A stretch of 63,581 nt of DNA, filler included, from Choristocarpus tenellus KU-1152 (taxonomy: Eukaryota; Protista; Phaeophyceae): NCBI GenBank assembly GCA_964200185.2. It is 10 parts of 10 records of this genome, joined end to end, with 100 filler letters (N's around TTAATTAATTAA, not from the genome) between each part and the next. Parts side by side here need not be neighbours in the genome. Positions count along the whole stretch, not along the records: positions 47,029 to 56,389 come from CAXNAD020003748.1; positions 56,490 to 60,864 come from CAXNAD020014844.1; 8 more parts are not named here. The stretch is one strand, 5' to 3'. The first letter of the stretch is position 1, and every line of letters starts with the position of its first letter. Shown here piece after piece: positions 50,616-60,843 of the stretch. The translations under genes were made by a program, and so were the position numbers. The notes below the pieces were generated by a model. That model made no database searches and was not told the origin of the DNA. It saw nothing but the letters and a program-made list of their open reading frames with translations.

Positions 50616-51585
50616 CGCAGTCGGTCCATTGTTGACCGCCGGCGGAAGCGTAGGGACATGGACAAGGATATATAGAGATATATACTCCTTGAACCGACAC
50701 TGAGTTATGTGCCGGATTAGATGAGGGTAAAACACTCAATGCCAGAGCCAAGGGCAGGGAATTATACTTCAGATGAGACGATTAGCGGATGCAAGGGACC
50801 GTGACCAACTACCAGCCCCACTACACGGTGAAAGTTAGAAAGGAGTGAGTCAGCTACCCCTACGAGGTCAAATGGGAGAATGGCGACTTGCGAAATATGC
50901 AGCTTCTTGTCCAACACTACAGTATTGACCAAGACACTCCTCTACATGAGCCTGGTTCTGGACAACTCCTACACTGCCACCATACCAACGACAGACACGG
51001 CTTTGAGGAGCAGCATAGGCCAATTTCTGTTCGTGAGTCACCCTCTACTTCGCCTGTCCGACACATGCCTCGACAGACATGTTATGATGTGTGGAGAGAT
51101 CGGACGTTCTCTAAATCAACGGACTTATGCATTTGGTACACTGAATTTATTATCCTCCCGAAGAGTTTGTGTTTATGTGTCCTCATACGCATGTTTTTAT
51201 TGGCCCGATGGCGACCTAGATTTCATCTCCATTACAGTGTTCTTCCACCATCCTCTAATACTTTTACTACCATGCCCTAATCCTTTTTCCTCCCATCTTT
51301 GCGTTGATCGGACCACAGAGCAATTGGCAGAAACCTTACCAGAAATACGTTGACGCACAAGCATCTCGTACTCCACACCACCATCTTCAGCACAAGTCGA
51401 GATTTCCACAACAGATGACCTCTCTACCACACCCAAACCAAGCGGCGGCAACCACCCAGGCTCCAAGCATTGAACCCAACGGCAACTTCCCTGAGCCATA
51501 ATAACACAGTTTAAACCCACTCAAGCGCCAAGCGTAGATCCTAAATGCATTTTAGTCCAAGATACATCATACGAAGACGGTGGCT

Positions 51586-51791
51586 GGGTCAAAGTATCTG
51601 GGGGTGGTGGTGGTGTTTGTGAGGGGGCGTCCGTTTCGGTCCGGACGAAGTGCTCAAAAATCATAGCAATTGCTGTCTTCAGTCGTGAATCCGTGACTGA
51701 AGACAACAATTGCTATGATTTTTGAGCAGTTCGTCCGGGCCGAAAGGGACGCCCCCTCACAAACCACTCCCCCCCCCAGATACTTTGACCC
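51586..51791. mobile_element. MITE family C: 206-bp fully palindromic (fold-back) element
   Basis: The left ~100 bp is the near-perfect reverse complement of the right ~100 bp. Ends GGGTCAAAGTATCTGGGGGG / CCCCCCAGATACTTTGACCC. A partial copy lies at 25070-25136 and a related end at 44364-44407. Confidence 0.9.
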
Positions 51792-52159
51792 ACTACATAC
51801 ATTCTGCAAAACATCATGAACAGTATGCAAACAAAGCCCAAGACGAGGTCAAAAACTGAGTGAGGTGAGGGTATCTCTAGAAGGGGGACTGCCTTTCTCC
51901 GGGCAACAGACTGAAGTGCAGGAAGTGAGACTACTCTTTTCTGGATGTCGAAGCACAAGACATGCACATAGAAGGCTGTTCATTTAGGTGGCTCCAAAGA
52001 TTCGGACCCATTGCATCTGACCCCCCATCTATATCCACAAACTACTACTGATCAACCAACACCTGAAGACAGACCAAAAGATTCGGCAGCAATAACAACC
52101 AACAACCGAAAAATGAAGTAGGATGTATCCAGCAGCAGGTCTACACGACACATTTTCGA

Positions 52160-52210
52160 TGCAGTGGTTCATCTCCCTCTCCGTGGTCTTCTGATCCACA
52201 TGTATAGCAT
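52160..52210 (-). pseudogene. Degenerate gag-type zinc knuckle of a retroelement relic
   Basis: CYTCGSEDHGEGDEP: C-X2-C-X4-H with the last Cys lost; no intact ORF around it. Confidence 0.3.
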
Positions 52211-52744
52211 CTTCCTAGAAGCAAGGGAACGAAGGGGTGAGTGCAGTTGGAGGTAGGTGTACGAACACAATAATACTATACCGTGTGATGCACAGTTGGT
52301 GTTTGTTGTGGATTTGGTGTTTTGAGTTTTGAATCAACTAGTATACTTCATACCTTTCAATGAATACAACCATGGCAAGCCACCAAGGTGAGATGTTTGT
52401 ATTCGCCGAAACCGCTTACTTGATGCCGTGAGATGGCGACGTGAGGGTGATGTTAGCTCACGGTATGTGGCCACTTTTTGCTGTGTTGATATGGCTCGTT
52501 CAGTATCCTTAGGAGGTAGTCTGTCGGTTTCGTGGCCATGCATACCTTATAACCTCAAGATAGCTTATGATTCCATGGGGTCTCGGAGATCACAGACAAG
52601 TTAGAGATGTGATCTGAGCTTCATGGCCTTCCAATCGATCCAGATGATGGAGGTGGCGTGTTTGGTCCACAAGACCCACGAAATACGGTTGTTGCTTAAC
52701 CAGTCCTATATAGCTACCTTGGACCTTGGGCCTTGGAGAGTGGA

Positions 52745-52928
52745 GGCTCAAAGTATCTGGGGGGGGGGAGGGGGACTACACCAGGTTGTCCAATCGGACC
52801 CTGACAAGGAGAAGTACACACTTACATTTAGCCATTCGATGCATGCAGCCAAATCACCCAAAAATCGCGAAATGGAAAAATGGACCCCGAATGGACAGCC
52901 GCCAGCACTCCTCCAAATACTTTGAATC
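52745..52928 (+). mobile_element. MITE family B, TSD TGGA
   Basis: GGCTCAAAGTATCTGGGGGG...AAATACTTTGAATC with TGGA on both flanks. Confidence 0.85.
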
Positions 52929-54249
52929 TGGAAACCTCGATCCGAGTGATATCGAAGGCTTTACATAGGAGCCGAATTGAGGGTGGTTGACTGTGTTGTG
53001 GGCTCAGGATCTTCGGTTCCTCATCTATCTTTCGAAAGTGGTTGGCTGTTGCTTGTGCTGCTCGTTACAAGGATCTCGATTGGAGTTTTGTACTGAGGTA
53101 GTAAGTATTGCTGTGCATGATGCATTATAGCTAGCCCAATGCCATTATTCATTACTTCCGTTGTGTCCAGTGGTTTCATAGGGAGTGGTCTCACTCTTGC
53201 CACCCACTGCGAATCAACCACCCCCATACACATTGTCCAGTTGTACTAACTCCCCAGCCCCATTCCACTCGTCCTATCTGGCTACGTTCCGAGGACCTTC
53301 ATGTGTATTTTAATGTGCTGAATTTACAAGTGAGATTCCCAGAGGGATTCTTTTTCTCCTTCCCCAAACGTTCACCGGTTGACGTCCCCCCCCCCTGCCT
53401 CCTACCGCCGCACAGCATTGACTCCATCCATGAGGAGAGAATTACTCATGTGATTCTCCAACGCCTCGACATCCCCTGGACCGTCGTCGTTGTCTCCATT
53501 CAATCTTATGTGGCGAGGTATTGCTCGCGATTGTTGCAGCATTCATGGCACTAGGTGTTTGTAACTCTCACAAAACATCCCAAGTCAGACACATATGATG
53601 ATGATATTCTTTCCGCAAACTGCCATACGTGTGGCTGCTCAAAGTGGAAATATCTGGCCTTTCCCTTGCTGCATCTCAATCCGTGATGGATTGTTTGACG
53701 ATACTACTGAGAGTAGGTAGTACAACTCCACACCAATACTAGATACCCAGTCTCTCGTCCTGCTGCTCTTTTCTGACTAGTTGTGTGCCCATGTTCTGCG
53801 TTCTCATGCTTGTACTTTCTATTCTGGACTTGCAGAAGAAAGAGGTTTGGAGAGGAGAAGGAGGATGGAGCGAGTTCGTCAAAGATATGTGACCAGGACT
53901 AGAGTAGGCCAGCCGCAGCAGTATTGATCCAATGTGTTGCCCCAGTGGGCCTTAAGCGCCCCCCGAGCAGTTGGTTATGGAACGGAAATTTTGTATACTT
54001 AACTTGAATATTTTTCTTGTGTGTTTCTTTGTTTTTTGTGTCTGTGTGTGAATGCCTCACGTTTTATTTTTACTCGAAGTATACGTGTAGTGGAGGCATG
54101 GTCTGGACATGTCAGAAAAAAAACTGAACTGATGGGCGACCACGTCCGGACATGCTGGCGAAACATAGACTACTCCTCTTTTGTGTTATTGATATTATGA
54201 GGCGCGAAAGCACACCCATTACGAGGGTTCTTTTGACCTTCGTAGTTAC

Positions 54250-54405
54250 AACCTCAACACCTTCGTGGTGGAAATTTTGGGCGGCTCAGTAAGCAAGCAG
54301 AAAAGTTTCTGGATGAGTTGGCTACGCACGTGGTAGGGGTAGAGGGGCAGGAGACGACAGGAGGAAAGGGGCTGTCAAATCCTGTCTACAACAGATAGTG
54401 TGCTG
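54250..54405 (+). mobile_element. Second degenerate CRE-like LINE endonuclease fragment
   Basis: Nucleotide similarity to 27284-27435 (CTCAACACCTTC...AAGCAAGC...CTGGATGAG.TGGCTAC.CAC...CAGATAGT). Confidence 0.7.
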
Positions 54406-56489
54406 AAACCTGAATCGAATGCATCTTATATGTAAACAAAATGTGTAGACTACTAGCGATGAGGAATCATGGTGTTGCAAAGCACCGATGAGTAAAATGT
54501 GTACTCTGTGCCATGGATAGGTGTGATTGTGCTGCAAAGCACTCAAATGTTTATTCTGTTGTAACCGAGGTCATTGATCTCTCAGTCAAGAATGAATCGA
54601 TGTGAATTTAGTGTTCCTGGTTGCTCAATCCAGAATGATGTGACGTGAATTCAGTGTTATTTCATGAGATACTCAAAGAAAGAAGTTCATGCCCTGTGGA
54701 GAGGCTTGTTACCTTGGCTGGCAAGGGTTTCTGCGGATGGTTTTTACTCTGATTATATTACATCCAAGTGTGCAGCTGGTGCATTTGTTGCAGAGTGAGC
54801 TGGGTACATTGTGAGGGATCAATGGCAGCAATGAAAGAAATAGTAATCAGCAATCAACGTACGACTGTCATCTTCTACTGATAAGAAGAAGAAAGAGTGA
54901 AGAAAAAACATACAGAGAACAACACAACGAACTGGAACCAATATGTGATGCAACTCAAGCGATGTATACTATATTTGCGTGTGGAACGCAGAGCGACTGT
55001 TACGTACTACCGTGTTCTGATGGTAATTGATGTGATGATGATGAACTTGTGACAGTAACGTCCAGAGCGTAACAGACCAATCAACAGTCAGTGTTGACTG
55101 GTGGAACTGAATAATATCAAGGAACCAACAGATAAGTAGCCTATGTTTCAACATCGTGTCTGTCACAACACAAGTTGCACTATTGAGGCGTGTCATGGTT
55201 TTATGCTGGAGACACCAGGGAGATGGGCAAGGAGGGGTTTATTAGATTCTTGGGATACTTCCCTAGCTCCTCACCCTGGGGTGCAGGGTTAAGCCAGGTT
55301 GAAGGCACAGGAGGGCAGTGGAGTAGCATAGTTGGTAGTAAAATAGTGAATAGATGATAGAAAAATGCCTTTCACATTTATGACAACTGTGGAAAGCATG
55401 CTTGTATGTTGTTATACCGTTATTGGTGTATGTCATATACCGGTATACCGTTATACCGATTGAGGTTTCCTTGTAGGGATTTTCTGATTCCAGTGGAGAA
55501 TCTTCCAAATAATCGAGGTGGGGAATTTTGTGTAAGAAGCCAATCCCGCAAGTAATACACATCCCTGCAACCAGAGATGTGCATTACTGGGAATGTTGTG
55601 GTGATTCCCCTCTCATAAGATTATCATCACTCCACAGTTTCCTGCAAGTCTTTACAGTCTTGCACTTGTCCGTCTTGCCCTGTGATTCTCTTTGCCACCC
55701 TTACCTGAGTGAACCACGCCGTCACAGAATCATACGATTCATAAGGTGGTACCAGTAGCTTTGCCCTCTGTGGCAGTTCTGCTTTTTTTCACCGGAGGGC
55801 CGCAACAGATATACAACAATACACATATCAAATGAAAGCTAATGATAAGACCTTTTGAAGGTCTGTATCCATGAATGTCTAACTTCGGTGAACGGGAACT
55901 ATGTCCCAATAAAATATTGGAAAAAAACACGGGGGAATATCTCCGGAGCAATTTTGAAGGTCACGACTTGAAAATGGACAAAAATGAAGTGGTTGGCCGA
56001 ACTCCTTGCAGAAAACTGGTCCGGGGTACGTTGCTTTCCAAGTTTGGCTGGTGCGGTCCTCACCAAAAAAAAAGCAGGAAAAAAACTCCAGATTTTCCTC
56101 TTTTTAATGCCTTTTCCAGACTTTTGTGAACACACACACGTGACTTACACAACAACATGAACCACAGCGGTGAGACAAGGAGAACTGCCGAGGCCACTCT
56201 GTCCACTGGATCTACCCTCGCCACCTTCTCTGACGAGAGGGGCCGGAGAAACAAGTACCGTGTGAACCTCAGTGCGATGTTAGGTGACGAGAAAGTGTGA
56301 GTAGTGTGGCGCAGCAGTATGATCAAATCGAGAAATGGACCACGCGGTCGCGACACTGAAGCTGAGAGAAGATGCATTGAAAGCATTACNNNNNNNNNNN
56401 NNNNNNNNNNNNNNNNNNNNNNNNNNNNNNNNNTTAATTAATTAANNNNNNNNNNNNNNNNNNNNNNNNNNNNNNNNNNNNNNNNNNNN

Positions 56490-56731
56490 GGTACGAGTTT
56501 TTCCCTGTTTGTCCATTTGGGGCTTGGCTTCCCATGGGTTCTTTTATGACATTTTACTACTACAAAATGTTTCGGAGTAGGTAAAATGTATACGTCATGA
56601 AAAGGTGTGTGTCCGGAACATGGATATTGACACTTCCTAACAAACACAATAGCCAATATTACATCAAAATCGCAACGTTGGATTTTGGGCCCCAAATGGA
56701 CGTGGCTCTACCCTCTAAGATAATTTAGCTC
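56490..56731 (+). mobile_element. MITE family A, left end truncated by the contig break
   Basis: Family A body ending CCCTCTAAGATAATTTAGCTC. Confidence 0.85.
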
Positions 56732-56824
56732 TCATCTGAAAGAGCATGACAGCTAGATCACACGAGGTGAATGTATGGACCTTGTATGATGTCGGAAGGG
56801 GTGGTGTGGCCACCGTACAAGTAT

Positions 56825-57112
56825 GAGTCAAAGTATCTTAGAGGGTACAGTCGTGTCCATTTGAGATGCAAAATGCAATGTTGCGATTTTGTTGTAATTT
56901 CGGATATTAATTGTGTTTGAGAGGAAATGTCGATATCCTTGTTCTGGACACACCTTTTCATAGTTACATACATGAAACCTACTCCAAAATGTAAACATTT
57001 TACCGATTCCGAAACGTTTCGGAATTGGAAAATGTCATAAAAAACCGGTGGGAAGCCAAGCTCCAAATGGACAAACAGGGCAAAACTCGTACCCTCTAAG
57101 ATACTTTTACTC
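56825..57112 (-). mobile_element. MITE family A (longer subtype)
   Basis: GAGTCAAAGTATCTTAGAGGGTA...TACCCTCTAAGATACTTTTACTC; flanks TAT/TAC. Confidence 0.85.
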
Positions 57113-58136
57113 TACCCTCAATGTCTGGGATGTCCCATCAGTACATCGTACATCCTTCCGCAAATGGGCAACCAAAGCTGAGGTCTCCCTTGCCTTGTTG
57201 TGGGACTTGTGCAAGTGTGAGAAGGTGAAGAGGGTCGATTAGTGGATTAAGCCAGTCCTCTCAGACCAGGAGAAGATCGACAGCGTAGGTTTTGTCATCA
57301 GCCACTCACACAGGATGGGGTGGAATGGGTTATTCTTGGACAATCTATGTGATTGGGTGCATGTGGACGAGAGTGGTTTTACATCCTTAAAGATCAGCAA
57401 GGTGTGTACCTCCACCCCCCAAACCCCCACGGGCACCAAGGTGCTTGTGCCAGCCATGGTGGACGGGGAGAAGTACTCAAGAGTATAGGAAGCTCATGGT
57501 CAAGGATGTCATCCTGGCAATCGAGACCCACATGTCTAGAGTGAAAGGACATACCATCGTCGTGCAGCAGAACAGGGCAAAGCCACACACTAAGGGGGAG
57601 ATTATGGAGGCAATCAAGGATGAAGCAAGGGACGACATTGTCATAGAGATCCAGTTAGCCAAATCACCTGACCTCAGCGCCAACAACCTGGGATTATTTC
57701 ATTCCATCCAGCAACTGAAGGAGGACGTGGGGGGGACTAAGACACAGGAGCTGGTGGAGGTCATAATAGAGACGCTCGATGTGTACCCCCTGGAGACACT
57801 AGAGCGTGTCTGGGAGAGCCTCTTCACAGTCTAGGGTAAATTGCTCGGGTCCAAGGGTGACAACGTCTTCAAAATTCCCCATCATAGCAAGGAAAAGATC
57901 GAGAAGGCAGGCAAGCTCCCCCCAAATGCCCTGGTGGATGCAGCGAAATAACATGCCGGAATTGGATCTTTGGAGGGCTTCAGAGGTGGAATGGTAGATA
58001 GGTATAGGCTGCCCCATTTTGCTTGAGATTTTGGTGGGAAACCAGTGTTTGCACAATACACCAATAAAACATGAACACGTGAACTTCATCGGAGAGCTGA
58101 AAAAGTTGTTTTAAATGTAATTCCAAACGGAGGAGG
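57113..58136 (+). mobile_element. Plant-type (DD39D-like) mariner transposase relic with its 3' terminus
   Basis: VHVDE-(frameshift)-WFYI, IVVQQNRAKPH and QLAKSPDLSANNLGLFHSIQ are decayed forms of IDEKWF / QQDNA.PH / QPPNSPDLN.LDLGFF.SIQ. The terminus ACGGAGGAGG followed by TA resembles the Stowaway/plant-mariner end (CTCCCTCCGT reversed). Confidence 0.8.
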
Positions 58137-58325
58137 TACTATTAGTAGTATTTGATGGGGACCAGGCTGGAGACTTGGTCAGGTTGAAAACTCGGGCAAT
58201 CCTGGACCAGTCCAGCCGATTAACATTTCCAGGGTCGGTTCAACGCCTGGTCCAGTTCAATTCTCAGACAGTCCTGGAAAATTAGTATGTCAGCCGGATC
58301 AGCCTAGTCCAAATATGTCAGGCAA

Positions 58326-59100
58326 ATAAAAGTATCTTAGAGGCTGCGAGTTTTGTGCTGTTTGTCCATTTGGGACTTGGCTTCCCACCGTTTTTTTAAG
58401 ACATTTTCCAATTCCAAAATGTTTCGGAATTGATCAAATGTTTAGAGTGAAAGGCATCTCAGAGGGTACGAGAGTGAAAGTACCCTAGAGGGTACGAGTT
58501 TTGCCCTGTTTGTCCGTTTGGGGCCTGACTTCCCACGCGTTTTTTCTGACATTTTCCTACTCCGAACTGTTTCGGAGTAGGTAAAATGTGTACGTTGTGA
58601 AAAGGTGTGTCCGGAACAAGGATATTGACTCTTCCTAACAAACATGTTAGCCAAAATTACATCAAAATCGGAACATTGGATTTTGACCCCCAAATGGACA
58701 CGGCTCTACCCTCTAAGATACTTTGACTGACGAGTTTTACCCTGTTTGTCCGTTTGGAGCTTGGCTTCCCATGGGTTTTGTATGACACTTTACCTGCTCC
58801 GAAATGTTTCAGAGTAGGTAAAATGTATACATTATAAAAAGATGTGTCCTGAACAAGGGTATTGACACTTCCTAACAAACATGATAGCCAAAATTACATC
58901 AAAATCGCATCATTGGATTTTGATCCCCAAATGGACGCGGCTCTACCCTCTAAGATAATTTTACTCTTGCGTTTTGGAGTAGGTTTCATGTATATAACTA
59001 TGAAAAGGTATGTCCAGAACAAGGATATTGACACTTCCTCACAAACACGATAGCCAAAATTATATCAAAATCGCAACATTGGATTTTTACCCCCAAATGG
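58326..59100 (+). mobile_element. Three nested family A MITEs: outer ~58326-59100, middle 58445-58966, inner 58472-58729
   Basis: The inner copy is flanked by ACGA/ACGA. The middle copy interrupts the outer one at AATGTTTA|(TTG)CGTTTTGGAG. Confidence 0.85.
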
Positions 59101-59293
59101 GTGCCAAATACATGTGTGAAGACACATATTTTTGAAAATGGGTCAAGGTGCATGCATTCCCACTATGGTATTATGATTGACTAAACGCTGACCAGGCCAC
59201 CTCGATACCATCTACACAAATACTTGTATGTCTCTTACGGGGCTGCTATCTAGCCCACGGTCCAGTCTGATTACAACCTTTGACAGCTCTGGA

Positions 59294-59471
59294 GAGTCAA
59301 AGTATCTGTGGGGAGGGGGGGGGAATTACACCAGGGTATCCATTTGGGCCCTGACCAGGTAAACTGCACTTACATTATCCATCCGACACATGCAACCAAC
59401 CCAAAAAATGCGACATGAAAACATGGGCTCCAAATGGACAGTCGCCACACACACCCCAGATACTCTGACCC
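59294..59471 (+). mobile_element. MITE family B, TSD TGGA
   Basis: GAGTCAAAGTATCTGTGGGG...CCCCAGATACTCTGACCC with TGGA on both flanks. Confidence 0.85.
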
Positions 59472-60675
59472 TGGAGCAACCGAGTTAAGCACATTTCACC
59501 AAGAAAGTTGTATCAACAGAGAAGAGACAGAGGTTGTACCTTCAATGGAGGATGACTCCTCACTTGTGGATGCTCCCATGGATACCAAGAGGGTAGAGTC
59601 TTCTGAGACTGGCAGCAAAGCAGCAAGGTCAGAGAGGCCTACTTGGGCTTCTTCCTCCTAAATTTGGTTTTGAGGGGGAGCACATTTATGGTGACAACGA
59701 TGGATCCCACCAACCCAGGGAAGTCTGCCACAATATCAGTAGTGTGAGCCAATTTAATTGAGAGGCAAGCAAGGTTGCATTTTAAGGATCTCAAGAAATG
59801 GTAAATACAATCTATCTTGCACACTTGTAGAAAGAGCCTTTGGCGAATTGTGGTGGAATCTTGGTGTGGAAAGATAACATCAATTTTTGTATGCAATTTT
59901 GTGCACTTCATCAATGGAGCAGAGTGTATTGCACAGGGTTAACATAGATGGCTTAAAATGCACAAGGGTCCAAACCTGCTTACCTCTCAATTACTTTGGC
60001 TTTTTGGAAGTTCTTCCAAAAGTTCATTCCTCCCAATGGAACCAAGACGAAGAAGACGAGGTGTGCAGTCTTGGTCTTCAGAAATGGCAACAGAGTGCTG
60101 GCATACCCTCACTCACAACTCCAAGGCAAGGATGGCACATCTAGGCTCATCGCCTACTTCAACCAGTCTCGTAAGTATAAAACTGCGGAGCTAATTTATT
60201 TTCCATGCTGTACCGCCCGAATGTCAAAATACCATGGGAAACGGTGGGTGGATGTACCGTTCTTTAACTGTGTCTTTTCCCCCAAGAAATATCCATTGCC
60301 GTATTGTACATAATACTTCGCGGTAAAGCTTGCCGTTCACCATACCATACTTTTTTTATATTATTATGCACTCTAACATTTTGCAGATGTGTCAGATGAG
60401 AAGCCAATGAAAAGCTAATTCATTATCATAAGAACCCCTGTAAAAGTAACAGTCGTTGTAAATGTGGAAGATATTTTTCTATCATCTGTTTACTATTTGA
60501 ATACAAGCTATGCCACACCACTCCCCTCCTATGCCTTCAACCTAGCTTGGCCCTACACCACAGGGCAAGGAGCTAGGGAAGCATCCCAAGAATCTGAGAG
60601 GCCCCTCCTTGCCCATTTTCCTGGTGTCTCCAAGTAAAAACGCATGATACTTCTTGATAGAACCACTTGTGTTGA

Positions 60676-60843
60676 GGCTCGAAGTATCTGGGGGGGGTGG
60701 CGGCTGTCCATTTGGGGCCAATCTTTTTATGTCGCGATTTTTGGGTGATTTGGTTCCATACGTGGGATGGATAATGAAAGCGCACTTTTCCTGGTTTTGT
60801 CCAAATGGATGCTCTGGTGTAGACCATTCCTCCACCCCCCCCG
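60676..60843 (-). mobile_element. MITE family B, one end eroded
   Basis: GGCTCGAAGTATCTGGGGGGGGTGGCGGCTGTCCATTTGGGG followed by the family B body. Confidence 0.8.

Noticed and set aside
55755-56130. TE-terminus-like non-coding segment (similar character at 33590-33970 and 43690-44020)
   Set aside because: No paired TIR, TSD or second copy is visible in the window.
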